Positions 17,651 through 28,490 of a stretch of 64,000 bases of DNA are shown piece by piece (position 1 is the first letter of the stretch; the number at the start of each line of letters is the position of its first letter). The notes below the pieces were generated by a model. That model ran no database searches. It was not told the DNA's origin and saw nothing but the letters and a program-made list of their open reading frames with translations. The stretch lies in NCBI GenBank assembly GCA_949294195.1, contig CASFGK010000020.1, positions 884 to 64,883 of the forward strand. The letters run 5' to 3'. Source of the DNA: an uncultured Bacteroidales bacterium (GTDB lineage Bacteria > Bacteroidota > Bacteroidia > Bacteroidales > UBA932). The translations under genes were made by a program, and so were the position numbers.

Positions 17651-20600
17651 ATGAATAGCCAATATAAGCTTCAAAAATGCTTGACAAGCATTCTGTCGGT
17701 GCTATTCCTGCTTATAGCACCAGTAGCAGCTTCCGCACAGGAGACTATAACTGTCTCCGGTACGGTTACTGATGACACTGAACAACCGGTCATAGGGGCA
17801 AGTGTCTTGATAAAAGGTACCACCACAGGTGTACCTACTGATCTGGACGGTAACTATTCTATCGAAGTTCCTTCCAATTCCATCCTGGAATTCTCTTCTG
17901 TCGGGTTGAAAACCGTAGAGATACCTGTCAATGGAAGAACTGTCCTGAATGTTGTTCTGGAAACGGACAATACCTTTCTTGAAAGCGTTGTTGTTGTCGG
18001 ATACGGCACACAGAAAAAGGGTTCCATTACAGGAGCCGTATCTGCCGTAAACAGTGATGACATCCTCAAGACCAGATCAGAGAACCCTCAGAACATGCTG
18101 ACAGGCCGTATCGCCGGTCTTCGTGTATGGCAGCAGTCAGCCGAGCCGGGCGCTTATGCCAACAGTTTCGATATCCGCGGTATGGGTTCTCCGCTTATGA
18201 TCATCGACGGTGTTCCACGTGATGTAGCCGATTTCCAGCGTCTTAATGCCGAAGATATAGAGAACGTATCCGTACTGAAGGATGCAGCGGCAGCCATCTA
18301 CGGTGTACGGGGTGGTAACGGTGTTGTCCTGGTTACGACCAAGAAAGGACAGGAAGGAAAGACCACTGTAAGCTACAACGGTTCATTCACTTTCCAGACT
18401 CCTTCGAAAATGCCTTCCGTAACGGATCCGGTAGATGCGATGACTCTCTACAACGAGAAGGCCATGAACGTCGTGCACAACGGCTCTCCAGTCTTTACCG
18501 AAGACTATATCAACCAGTACCGTACAGGTCAGCTGAAAGGTGCGGACTGGAACTCGCTCATGCTTGCGGACTGGTCTCCTCAGACCCAGCATGACATCAG
18601 CATTTCCGGAGGTTCCGATAAAGTACAGTACTATGTAAGTATGGGATACAACTTCCAGGACAGCTTCTTCAAGTCAGGCGACCTGAACTACAGCAAGTAC
18701 AACCTGAGATCGAACATTTCCGCCGAGCTTGCCAAAGGGCTCAAGCTTGATTTCAACCTTGCGGGAATGCTTGACCAGCAGAACCAGCCGTACTGGGATT
18801 CAGTGGAACTTATCCGTCAGTACTGGGCACAGGGTACGCTTGCTCCGGCTTACATAGACGATGCGCATACAATGCTTAACGGTGACGGTCTCGACCTCAT
18901 GAACAACCCTGTGGCGATGATGACTTCCGACATTTCCGGTTACAGGAAATATGACAAGAAGACATTCCAGTCATCCGCTACACTCTCCTACGACTTCGGA
19001 AGCGCAATAGATGCACTCAAGGGACTTTCCATCAAGGGTATGTTCAGCTATGACTTCAGAATAGACAACAATGAGACATTCCGCAAGGAGTTCTACCTCT
19101 ACATGCTTAACAATGAAACCGGCAACTACGAGGCTACTGTCTATCCGAATCATACCAACATGCTCAGGAAAGAGAACTATACCAAGCAGCAGACTCTTGC
19201 ACATGTAATGTTGAACTATGACAGGACATTCGCCGAGAAGCACCATGTAGGCGCCCTGCTCGGATATGAGACCCAGATCCGCAAGGGAGACAACTACTAT
19301 GCTTACGGAGACCTTGCTACCGGAACTCCTTCCGTGACGGCTTTCAACGGCGAGAACCAGGTAGTCGGATCAGATACAGAACTCAGCAACCTGTACAATA
19401 TCGCCTACCAGTCCCTTATCGGACGTCTCAACTATTCATACGATGAAAGATATCTGATCGAGGCACAGTTCCGCTATGACGGTTCATCCAAATTCGCGCC
19501 TGGTCACCAGTGGGGTATCTTCCCTTCAGTATCTGCAGGATGGAGGGTGTCCGAGGAGCCTTTCTTCAAGAATTCTTCAGCACTTTCATTCATAAATCAG
19601 CTGAAACTCCGTGCCAGCTACGGTATTCTGGGAGATGACTCCGCAAAAGGATTCGACTACCAGTGGGTATCCGGCTACGAGTATCATGGAGGCGAGACAT
19701 CTTCCAACGGTTGGTACAATGCTTACGCACCAGGTTACATCTTCGATGGAACATGGATTTATTCGGCAAGTCCGCAGCCGCTTCCTAACGAAGACATCAC
19801 ATGGCTTACAATGAAGACTTTCAACGTAGGTATCGATTTCGAGGCATGGAACGGCAAACTCGGCTTCTCCCTCGACTATTTCAGACGCGTCCGCGACGGG
19901 ATCATGGCACAGAGCAGCACTGAGCTCCCTACAGTGGTAGGAGCGACTGCACCTATGAGAAATGCCAACTCCGACATGCACTTCGGACTTGAGCTCGAAC
20001 TCTCACACAGGAACAAGGTCGGAGAACTCTTCTATGAAATCAAGGGTATCGCATCCATTACAAGGCAGAGAGTCAAGAAAGACGTCACTGTCCGTACATT
20101 CGGAAACAGATATGACAACTGGAGGAACAACAACCTTACAAACCGCAACCAGGGCGTTCAGTTCGGTTACGAGTCAGCCGGAAGGTACGAAAGCTGGCAG
20201 GACATCTGGTCATATCCTATCTACAAGGAAAACAATGTCCTTCCAGGCGACTACAAGTATATTGACTGGAACGGAGACGGAGAGATCAACGGAAACGACA
20301 TGCATCCGTATGCATTCGACCAGACCCCTTGGCTCAACTACAGTCTGGATTTCAGACTTGACTGGCGGGGAATCGACTTCAGCATGCTTTTCCAGGGATC
20401 CGCTCTCGGCTCTCTCAAATATGAAGAACCTCTTTACAGTATCTGGGGAAATGCAAACGGTGCAGGCGGTACCCTTGAGCAGTATCTTGACAGATGGAGA
20501 CCGGCAAACGGCTCTTATGATATCTACGATCCTTCTCTCGAATGGGTAAGCGGTTACTACGGATACACCGGACACTATCCTGACGCGAATTCGGACTTCA

Positions 20601-20833
20601 ACCGCGTCAGCACCGCGTTCCTGCGTCTGAAGAGTATAGAGATCGGATATACGCTGCCGAAATTCAACAGCCCGGCAATGAAGGATTTCTCCCTGAGGAT
20701 ATTCTTCAATGCATACAATCCGCTCACTATTACTAAGGTCAAGTTCGTCGATCCTGAGCACCCGGGTGACAAGCTCGGACGTATGTACCCGCTCAGCAAG
20801 ACATATACACTCGGTCTGAATCTTTCATTCTAA
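17651..20833 (+). CDS. susC: SusC-like TonB-dependent transporter
   Basis: VVVVGYGTQKK, SVLKDAAAAIYG.RG.NGVVLVTTKKG, RYDGSSKF, C-terminal LNLSF. Confidence 0.97.
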   Translation: MNSQYKLQKCLTSILSVLFLLIAPVAASAQETITVSGTVTDDTEQPVIGASVLIKGTTTGVPTDLDGNYSIEVPSNSILEFSSVGLKTVEIPVNGRTVLNVVLETDNTFLESVVVVGYGTQKKGSITGAVSAVNSDDILKTRSENPQNMLTGRIAGLRVWQQSAEPGAYANSFDIRGMGSPLMIIDGVPRDVADFQRLNAEDIENVSVLKDAAAAIYGVRGGNGVVLVTTKKGQEGKTTVSYNGSFTFQTPSKMPSVTDPVDAMTLYNEKAMNVVHNGSPVFTEDYINQYRTGQLKGADWNSLMLADWSPQTQHDISISGGSDKVQYYVSMGYNFQDSFFKSGDLNYSKYNLRSNISAELAKGLKLDFNLAGMLDQQNQPYWDSVELIRQYWAQGTLAPAYIDDAHTMLNGDGLDLMNNPVAMMTSDISGYRKYDKKTFQSSATLSYDFGSAIDALKGLSIKGMFSYDFRIDNNETFRKEFYLYMLNNETGNYEATVYPNHTNMLRKENYTKQQTLAHVMLNYDRTFAEKHHVGALLGYETQIRKGDNYYAYGDLATGTPSVTAFNGENQVVGSDTELSNLYNIAYQSLIGRLNYSYDERYLIEAQFRYDGSSKFAPGHQWGIFPSVSAGWRVSEEPFFKNSSALSFINQLKLRASYGILGDDSAKGFDYQWVSGYEYHGGETSSNGWYNAYAPGYIFDGTWIYSASPQPLPNEDITWLTMKTFNVGIDFEAWNGKLGFSLDYFRRVRDGIMAQSSTELPTVVGATAPMRNANSDMHFGLELELSHRNKVGELFYEIKGIASITRQRVKKDVTVRTFGNRYDNWRNNNLTNRNQGVQFGYESAGRYESWQDIWSYPIYKENNVLPGDYKYIDWNGDGEINGNDMHPYAFDQTPWLNYSLDFRLDWRGIDFSMLFQGSALGSLKYEEPLYSIWGNANGAGGTLEQYLDRWRPANGSYDIYDPSLEWVSGYYGYTGHYPDANSDFNRVSTAFLRLKSIEIGYTLPKFNSPAMKDFSLRIFFNAYNPLTITKVKFVDPEHPGDKLGRMYPLSKTYTLGLNLSF

Positions 20834-20843
20834 ATCAAATAAT

Positions 20844-22955
20844 ATGAAAAAGAAAATATTATATACATTTATCGGTCTGGGAATGCTGTTCACGACTTCC
20901 TGTGTGGACATGAACAGGACTCCTGAAAACATCTGGACAGACGATGACCTGATGTCAAACGATGCCGGTCTGGAAGTCTACATGGCCAGAATGTACAGCC
21001 AGATGCCTTGGGAAGAGTTCAAATATATGGCCCAGTGGGGATTCGGCGACAGCTACTCATGGCTTGGAGCCCTCGGTATTGAAGGGACAGGAGAAGCCCT
21101 TAACAGGGACGGTATCTGCTCTTCATTCACCAATGAAAACACAGCATGGTGGGGCAAGGCTTTCACTCTTATCCGTGAGGCCAACCACATGATTGAAACG
21201 CTTCCGGACTATGCGGAAAATTTCGATGAAGCACGCCTGAACGACTATATAGGACAGGCATATTTCGTACGTGCCTACTCTTTCTATCAGATGGCAAGAC
21301 GTTTCGGCGGTATTCCTCTGACACTCAAGGAAGCCGAGTATCCTGCCGACAACGCGGGCCTTGAAATCCCGAGATCTTCAGAGGAAGAGACATGGGACCA
21401 GATACTCAAGGATTTCGATACAGCCATCGAACTTATGCAGCCGACAAGTCTCAAGCGCGGATATGCAAACAAATACGTGGCTCTTGCATTCAAGGCTGAA
21501 GCAATGAACTATGCTGCCTGCGTTGCGAAGTACAACGATACTGTCAACGGAACGGTTACCGGATTCGGATCCAAGACCGGTGTACGTGTCATGGGATTTG
21601 ATCCATCCACATCAAAAGCTGCTTCAAACAGATATTTTGCAGAAGCCTACAAGGCGGCACGCGAAGTCATGAAAAGCGGACTCTACTCTCTGAGACAGCC
21701 TTCAGCAGACACACCTGAGGCAATCTACCAGAACCTTGTAGACATCTGGAGAGACCTTTCATGCACGGAGAACATGCTTGCCAGAGAGTACGAGTATCCA
21801 ACTATGACCCACGGCCTCGACGCATACAGTTCGCCATACCTGTGGCATCATCCCCTTTCTGCAGGAACTTGCCCTACACTTGATTTTCTCGAGATGTACG
21901 ACTGGCCCGAGACTTTCGGTCCTGAACAGAACAATCTCAGCAGAAGATATGCTGACGGCAGACTCCGTGTAACGGACGGCAACAGCAACAGCGACGGCCA
22001 CTATCTGATGTTCGACTCGGCATACGAATTCTTTGCAGATGCGGAACCGAGACTCAGAGCCTACGTAATATTCCCTGGCGATACTTTCAGAAACACTGAA
22101 ATAGAAGTCAGGACAGGAGTATATACCGGTGATGTATCAAACGGCCTTGCTCCTCTGTTCAACAATTATTCCTATCAGAGCGCAGGCGAAAAATATCAGA
22201 ATCTTGATGCCTATAAAAACGCTGACAACAAGACTCTTTACATGACCGGCAACCCTGCACAGCCTGAAATGGTAACCCTCGATGACGGTTCTGAAGTCGA
22301 ATCTTCAGGAGAGAACGGTCCTTTCTACAGCTACGGAGAGGCTACACTCACAGGTCTTTACCTGCGCAAGTACCTCGACCCGGACCTTACCCTTGACGAA
22401 ATCGGTGAAGGAATGTCAGACCAGCCGTTCATCCTCATGAGATATGCAGATGTCCTTCTCGCGGCAGCCGAAGCTGCAGTAGAGCTTTCTATTGCCGGCG
22501 AACCATGTCCTGTCGACGGTGACGACATGCTTCAGGTAGCGACAGAAGCCATCCAGCAGATCCAGAAGAGAGCAGGAGCGAATGTTCTTGACCACAAGCT
22601 TGCAGGCACAAACGAGGACAGGGACATCGTCCGCAAGGAGCGCAGAAAGGAACTCGCGTTCGAGCACAAGACCAAATGGGATCTCAGAAGGTGGAGAGTC
22701 CTTGACAAGGACAACAGAGACGGATTCTGGTGCGACGGACGCACTACAGGGGCTTCATTCAGCAATGACACGCATTTCCGCTTCCGCGGCCTGTACCCGT
22801 TCATGACATCAGGCGGACAATGGTTCTTCGACGACCACTACAACGTTGTCAGCGAAAAGGAATTCGACTACAACACTGTAGACTACTACTTCGCAATACC
22901 TGACAGCGAAGTCAGCAAGAGCCCGGTAATCGACCAGCAACCTTCAAGATACTAA
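20844..22955 (+). CDS. susD: SusD/RagB family glycan-binding lipoprotein
   Basis: Lipobox TTSC, GQAYFVRAY, RYADVLL..AEA, ERRKELAFE...WDLRRW. Confidence 0.95.
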   Translation: MKKKILYTFIGLGMLFTTSCVDMNRTPENIWTDDDLMSNDAGLEVYMARMYSQMPWEEFKYMAQWGFGDSYSWLGALGIEGTGEALNRDGICSSFTNENTAWWGKAFTLIREANHMIETLPDYAENFDEARLNDYIGQAYFVRAYSFYQMARRFGGIPLTLKEAEYPADNAGLEIPRSSEEETWDQILKDFDTAIELMQPTSLKRGYANKYVALAFKAEAMNYAACVAKYNDTVNGTVTGFGSKTGVRVMGFDPSTSKAASNRYFAEAYKAAREVMKSGLYSLRQPSADTPEAIYQNLVDIWRDLSCTENMLAREYEYPTMTHGLDAYSSPYLWHHPLSAGTCPTLDFLEMYDWPETFGPEQNNLSRRYADGRLRVTDGNSNSDGHYLMFDSAYEFFADAEPRLRAYVIFPGDTFRNTEIEVRTGVYTGDVSNGLAPLFNNYSYQSAGEKYQNLDAYKNADNKTLYMTGNPAQPEMVTLDDGSEVESSGENGPFYSYGEATLTGLYLRKYLDPDLTLDEIGEGMSDQPFILMRYADVLLAAAEAAVELSIAGEPCPVDGDDMLQVATEAIQQIQKRAGANVLDHKLAGTNEDRDIVRKERRKELAFEHKTKWDLRRWRVLDKDNRDGFWCDGRTTGASFSNDTHFRFRGLYPFMTSGGQWFFDDHYNVVSEKEFDYNTVDYYFAIPDSEVSKSPVIDQQPSRY

Positions 22956-22973
22956 TATTAAAAATCAAATTTT

Positions 22974-23807
22974 ATGAAAAGGTTAGTTAAATTTACATAT
23001 ATCGCATTGCTCGCTTGCGGAATGGCATCAGTAAGCTCCTGTGCATTCTTCGAACTGGACAACTACGATGCTCCGGAAGAAACTCTCCGCGGAAGAGTTG
23101 TCGACATGGACGGGAATCCGGTGCTTACCGAGCAGGCAAGCGAAGGAATCAGAGTCCGTCTGACAGATCTTGAATGGGAAGCTATGGGCCATGAAGTCAC
23201 ACCTCAGGACTTCAGCTGTATGCCTGACGGAACATTCCAGAACACAAAACTGTTCCCTGGAAGATACAACGTGACTGTAGACGGCCCGTTCGTCCCTATC
23301 GTACTGGATGCCGAAGACGGTACCCCTATCGCCGACGGCTCACAGAATATCGACATCAAGGAAGGCAAGCCTTACGAAATGGAATTCAAGGTACAGCCGT
23401 TCCTCAATGTAGAGTTTGTAGATCTGCCTTCCGTTTCCAACGGTATAGTGACAGCCAAAGTCAGGATCACCCGTGCTGTAAGCAGGGATGAGCTGAATGA
23501 AATCCTCTCTCCTACCGGAAGCTGGACAAATGACAACGCCAATGTCACGGACCTGAAGCTCTTTGTCGGTTACTCGTCGACTCTTGGAAACAGAAACGAT
23601 GATGAATGGTGGACAGGAACAATCAACTTTGCAGGAGACCAGTTCGACTCCATGGAAGGCGAGACAATCGAGATTTCATCTCTGTCCGAACATGCTATCC
23701 CGTCCGGAAGACATGTCTATGTGCGTGCAGCTGCGCGAATCAATTATCAGACAGCCAACGTACAGCGTTACAACTACAGTGAGACTCTGGAAGTATACAT
23801 TCCATAA
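22974..23807 (+). CDS. DUF3823-like lipoprotein (SusE-position)
   Basis: SSC..ELDNYDAPEETLRG, DGTFQNTKLF.G.Y, GPFVP, V.PFL. Follows susD. Confidence 0.8.
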   Translation: MKRLVKFTYIALLACGMASVSSCAFFELDNYDAPEETLRGRVVDMDGNPVLTEQASEGIRVRLTDLEWEAMGHEVTPQDFSCMPDGTFQNTKLFPGRYNVTVDGPFVPIVLDAEDGTPIADGSQNIDIKEGKPYEMEFKVQPFLNVEFVDLPSVSNGIVTAKVRITRAVSRDELNEILSPTGSWTNDNANVTDLKLFVGYSSTLGNRNDDEWWTGTINFAGDQFDSMEGETIEISSLSEHAIPSGRHVYVRAAARINYQTANVQRYNYSETLEVYIP

Positions 23808-23827
23808 AAGACTCATTTCCCTATAAG

Positions 23828-23890
23828 AAAAAGGGTGAATAAAAAGACGGTTCACAATATACAATCACCTTTTTATCCACCCTTTTTTTT
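23828..23890 (+). terminator. Long imperfect hairpin/terminator inside the PUL
   Basis: AAAAAGGGTGAATAAAAAG ... CTTTTTATCCACCCTTTTTTTTT. Confidence 0.65.
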
Positions 23891-23950
23891 AAAAAAACAG
23901 CCCGGCGGGCTGGTTGGTTTTACTGACATTCAAACTGATAATCAATACAA

Positions 23951-26140
23951 ATGAAACGGACTTTTACTACTTTTCTGATATTTGTCGCGGGCATGTGTGC
24001 CGCGTTGGATGCTGCAGCAGGCTCTCAGAAAGACAGTGTGAAAACGACTTTCCAGTCTTCACGCGAATGGAGACCCACTATAGACAACAGGGCTGATGCC
24101 GTGATGGTATATGGAGTCGGAGGCAACCCATCGGACAGGAACAGGAAAGGATACACCTTTGAAGAAAGGGTGAAATCATGGAGAGACCATGGCTACATCA
24201 CCCACTTCATGACCGGAATAGCCTGGGGTGAATACCAGGACTACTTTACCGGCAAATGGGACGGGAAATGGCATCTTGACGAAGGACAGGTCACAGTCAA
24301 AGGAGATACCATCTGGCACGGGCACATGGTCCCATATATTGTCCCTTCTGAAAATTACCTCAAATACATGAAGGAAATGCACGTGAAAAGGGTGATTGAT
24401 GCAGGAATCAACTCCATTTTCATGGAAGAGCCGGAATTCTGGGCCAGGGCCGGCTACAGCGAAGCATTCAAGAGAGAATGGAAGGAGTATTACGGCTTCG
24501 ACTGGAGGCCACAGCATGAATCTCCTGAAAACACCTACCTGGCAAACAAGCTCAAATATTATCTTTATTACAGGGCGCTCAATGAGGTATTCACTTATGC
24601 AAAGGAATACGGAAAGAGCAAGGGCATGGATATAAAATGCTATGTCCCTACACACTCGTTGGTGAATTATTCGCAGTGGCAGATTGTCAGTCCCGAAGCA
24701 AGTCTGGCATCACTGCCTTGTGTCGACGGATATATCGCCCAGGTATGGACCGGTACATCCAGAGAACCGAATTATTTCAACGGGAAGGCTGCCGAACGTG
24801 TATTCGAGACTGCATATCTCGAGTACGGTTCCATGGAATCGATGACAGCCCCTACAGGAAGAAAAATGTTTTTCCTTACCGATCCTATCGAGGACTGGCC
24901 TCGTGACTGGGTCGACTACAAACACAACTATGAAGCTACATTTACAGCACAGCTGCTGTATCCAAATATTTCCGACTATGAAATAATGCCTTGGCCGGAA
25001 CGAATCTACGAAGGCCTTTACAAAGTCAGCCCTGACAGCGACAGGAAAGACCGCATTCCGAGACACTACTCTACCCAGATGCAGGTGATGGTGAATACAC
25101 TTAACTTCATGCCGGAGTCTTCAAACAAAGTCAGCGGCACTGAGGGAATCAGCATACTGATGTCCAACTCACTGATGTTCCAACGCTTCCCTACCCACCA
25201 GGGCTACGATGACCCTCAGCTTTCAAACTTCTACGGGCAGGCTCTTCCTCTCCTGAAAAGGGGTGTTCCGGTCAAGACCGCTCATCTTGAAAATCTCGGT
25301 TTCAAGGAAGCTCTTGCAGGGACGAAGGTTCTCCTGATGTCATATTCGAACATGAAACCGCTTGACCCGGCCGCTCACGAACATCTTGCCGCCTGGGTAA
25401 AGAAAGGAGGAGTAGTTCTCTACAGCGGACGTGACAATGACCCGTTCCAGACAGTCCGTGAATGGTGGAACACAGGAGACAACCACTATGCGGCAGCTTC
25501 AGACCACCTGTTCGGACTGATGGGTATCCCCGCCGGAGCTGAAGAAGGAGAATACAAGTACGGAAAAGGTACAGTCTATATCATGAGAACAGACCCTAAG
25601 GAGTATGTGCTCACATCAGGCGGAGACAGGAAATTCCTTGAGACCGTATGCATGCTGTATTCAGACAAGGCAAAAGCCGGAAAAGTCGGATTCAAGAACA
25701 GTTTCTATCTTGAAAGAGGACCGTATGATATCGTTGCCGTCATGAATGAAAGCGTAAGCGACGAGCCTTACACAGTGACAGGGACGCTCATTGACCTGTT
25801 CGATCCACAGCTTCCTGTAGTCAGTTCAAAGGATATAGCTCCAGGATATTGCGGTTATTTCATGGATCTGGACAGAGTGAAGAAAGACGGACCCAAGGTA
25901 CTTGCCGCATCCAACAGGACATACGATGAAAAAGTCGGAAAGAATTCATATTCCTATGTATCCAGGAGTCCGGTGCAGACGACCGGTATATCAAGGGTAC
26001 TCCTTCCGGAGCGGCCTTCAAGCGTAACCGTCGACGGCAAGGAGGTATTTGACGCATCCGACTGGGACAGCAGCAGCAATACCTATCTCCTTTCATACGA
26101 AAACAATCCTGATGGAGTATCTGTAAAATTCGTATGGTAA
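23951..26140 (+). CDS. Uncharacterised exported protein, putative glycoside hydrolase
   Basis: Signal peptide, Trp/Tyr-rich barrel-like N-half with FMEEPEFW, GATase-like segment WVKKGGVVLYSG, PUL context. Confidence 0.65.
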   Translation: MKRTFTTFLIFVAGMCAALDAAAGSQKDSVKTTFQSSREWRPTIDNRADAVMVYGVGGNPSDRNRKGYTFEERVKSWRDHGYITHFMTGIAWGEYQDYFTGKWDGKWHLDEGQVTVKGDTIWHGHMVPYIVPSENYLKYMKEMHVKRVIDAGINSIFMEEPEFWARAGYSEAFKREWKEYYGFDWRPQHESPENTYLANKLKYYLYYRALNEVFTYAKEYGKSKGMDIKCYVPTHSLVNYSQWQIVSPEASLASLPCVDGYIAQVWTGTSREPNYFNGKAAERVFETAYLEYGSMESMTAPTGRKMFFLTDPIEDWPRDWVDYKHNYEATFTAQLLYPNISDYEIMPWPERIYEGLYKVSPDSDRKDRIPRHYSTQMQVMVNTLNFMPESSNKVSGTEGISILMSNSLMFQRFPTHQGYDDPQLSNFYGQALPLLKRGVPVKTAHLENLGFKEALAGTKVLLMSYSNMKPLDPAAHEHLAAWVKKGGVVLYSGRDNDPFQTVREWWNTGDNHYAAASDHLFGLMGIPAGAEEGEYKYGKGTVYIMRTDPKEYVLTSGGDRKFLETVCMLYSDKAKAGKVGFKNSFYLERGPYDIVAVMNESVSDEPYTVTGTLIDLFDPQLPVVSSKDIAPGYCGYFMDLDRVKKDGPKVLAASNRTYDEKVGKNSYSYVSRSPVQTTGISRVLLPERPSSVTVDGKEVFDASDWDSSSNTYLLSYENNPDGVSVKFVW

Positions 26141-26144
26141 AAAT

Positions 26145-28451
26145 ATGATGTCCAATACTATAAAATCAATTTTGACAGCCTTCCTGCTGGCTGGCGCCGT
26201 ATTCCATGACGGATTCGGCGCCTCCGGCAAGGAGAATGCCGGAAGTCGCGATCTGGTGCAGTATGCGAACACTCTCCAGGGAACGAATTCCGAGTTCCGC
26301 CTAACACACGGCAACACGTTTCCAGCCACTACCCTCCCCTTCGGCATGCATACCTGGACTCCCCAGACAGGCGTGAATGGCGACGGCTGGAAGTACCAGT
26401 ATGAGCGGGACTCCATCCGTGCATTCCAACAGGCTCACCAGTGCAGTTCCTGGACCAACGACTACATGGTCTACAGTCTGATGCCTGTCACCGGCAATCT
26501 TGAGGTCGATCAGTTCGGCCGTGCCGCGAAGTTCAGTCATGACAACGAAATAGCCAGACCACACTACTACAGCGTATGCCTTGACAACGGAATCAGGGCA
26601 GAGCTCTCCCCGGTAGAGCGTGGTGCGCATCTCAGATTCACTTTTCCGAAAGGGAAAAAGTCATTTGTCGTACTGGATGGATATACAGGTTTTTCAAGTG
26701 TCTGCATCGATCCTGAAAACAGAAGGATTACCGGATGGGTAGCAAATGGCGGAGTTGCCCGGAAAGGGCTCAAGAACTGGTTTGTAATAGAGTTTGACCG
26801 TCCGTTCGTGTCTTACGGCACATGGGACGGGAAAACCCAAGAGATGTTCCCGGGACGGCTGGCGGATGACGGGCGCAGCAAAGGTGCGTATGTGGAGTTT
26901 GCAAAGGGAGCCACTGTCCAGATAAAGACCTGTTCTTCATATATCAGTCCTTCGCAGGCCGGACTCAATCTTGAAACGGAACTCGGACAATACAGGAAAT
27001 TCGAGCAGACAAAGGATGCGGCATGGAAAATCTGGAATGACCTTTTCAGCAGAGTACTTGTAGAGGATGACAATGAGGAAAACATCAGGACATTCTACTC
27101 ATGTCTCTTCAGGGCAAGCATTTTCTCGCGCTCTTTCTTCGAGTATGATGCTGAAGGCAATCCTTACTACAGAAGCCCCAACGACAACAGAATCCATTCC
27201 GGGTATTACTACACCGATACCGGATTCTGGGATACGTTCAGGGCCCAGTTCCCTCTCACCTGCATCCTGCATCCGACCATGCAGGGCAGGTACATGAACG
27301 CAATGCTGGACTGCTACAGACAGTACGGATGGCTGCCTTCATGGTCTTTCCCTCATGAAGGAGGAGGAATGATCGGAAGCCACGCCATTTCCCTGTTTGC
27401 CGATGCATGGGCCAAAGGTATCAAGACTTTCAATCCCCGGGAAGCACTTGAAGCCTATTATCATGAAGCCACGAACGACAGTCCGGGCGGTCCGGCAAGC
27501 GGAAGAAACGGATGGAAAGAGTATTTTACGCTTGGCTACATTCCATACCCTGACGTAAGGGAATCCACTGCAAAGACTCTTGAATACGCCTATGATGACT
27601 GGTGCGCGTACCGGCTGGCCGGAATGACCGGAAACAGCTACTATGAAAATATTTTCGGACGCCAGATATACAATTACAGGAACGTATTCAATCCCCGGAC
27701 GGGATTCATGCAGGGACGGCACAAGGACGGAAGCTGGACAGACAGTTTCGATCCTGCAGAATGGGGCGGTCCTTTCACCGAAGGGTGCGCATGGCACTAT
27801 CTATGGTCTGTTTTCCATGATCCGGCAGGTCTTTCCGACCTTCTGGGAGGAGATGCCCGGTTCGTTCAGAAGCTTGATTCCGTATTCACCGTCTCCAGTG
27901 ACTTCAAGGTAGGAACCTACGGTTTCGCAATCCATGAAATGAACGAGATGAAAGCAGCCGGAATGGGACAGTATGCACATGGAAACCAACCGATACAGCA
28001 CGCGATTTACCTTTACAATTATGTTGGCGCCCCATGGAAAGCCCAGCAGTGTGTACGTGAGGTCATGACCAGACTTTACAACAGCACGGAGAACGGCTAT
28101 CCGGGCGATGAAGACCAGGGTCAGACTTCTTCATGGTACGTACTGAGCGCACTGGGCTTCTACAGCGTATGCCCCGGTACGGACCAGTATGTAATAGGAA
28201 GCCCTCTGTTCAGGAAAGCGACCATCACCATGGAAAACGGAAAGAAATTCATAATAAACGCTGAAGGAAACAGTGACAGCGCCGTATATATCCGGTCCGC
28301 TGCCCTTAACGGAAAACCTTTTGAGCGTAATTACATTACTTATGATGAAATAGTCTCAGGAGGCACGCTGGAATTCAGGATGTCCGACAAACCTGCAACT
28401 GACCGTGGAGTATCAGAAGAAGCACGGCCTTATTCAGTATCAAGACAATAA
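26145..28451 (+). CDS. GH92 alpha-mannosidase
   Basis: GNTFP...PFGM..WTPQT, GFWDTFR, TLEYAYDD, HGNQPIQH, GDEDQGQTSSWY. Confidence 0.95.
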   Translation: MMSNTIKSILTAFLLAGAVFHDGFGASGKENAGSRDLVQYANTLQGTNSEFRLTHGNTFPATTLPFGMHTWTPQTGVNGDGWKYQYERDSIRAFQQAHQCSSWTNDYMVYSLMPVTGNLEVDQFGRAAKFSHDNEIARPHYYSVCLDNGIRAELSPVERGAHLRFTFPKGKKSFVVLDGYTGFSSVCIDPENRRITGWVANGGVARKGLKNWFVIEFDRPFVSYGTWDGKTQEMFPGRLADDGRSKGAYVEFAKGATVQIKTCSSYISPSQAGLNLETELGQYRKFEQTKDAAWKIWNDLFSRVLVEDDNEENIRTFYSCLFRASIFSRSFFEYDAEGNPYYRSPNDNRIHSGYYYTDTGFWDTFRAQFPLTCILHPTMQGRYMNAMLDCYRQYGWLPSWSFPHEGGGMIGSHAISLFADAWAKGIKTFNPREALEAYYHEATNDSPGGPASGRNGWKEYFTLGYIPYPDVRESTAKTLEYAYDDWCAYRLAGMTGNSYYENIFGRQIYNYRNVFNPRTGFMQGRHKDGSWTDSFDPAEWGGPFTEGCAWHYLWSVFHDPAGLSDLLGGDARFVQKLDSVFTVSSDFKVGTYGFAIHEMNEMKAAGMGQYAHGNQPIQHAIYLYNYVGAPWKAQQCVREVMTRLYNSTENGYPGDEDQGQTSSWYVLSALGFYSVCPGTDQYVIGSPLFRKATITMENGKKFIINAEGNSDSAVYIRSAALNGKPFERNYITYDEIVSGGTLEFRMSDKPATDRGVSEEARPYSVSRQ

Positions 28452-28490
28452 CGAATCTGACCAAATATTAATCAAACATTGCTACATTTT

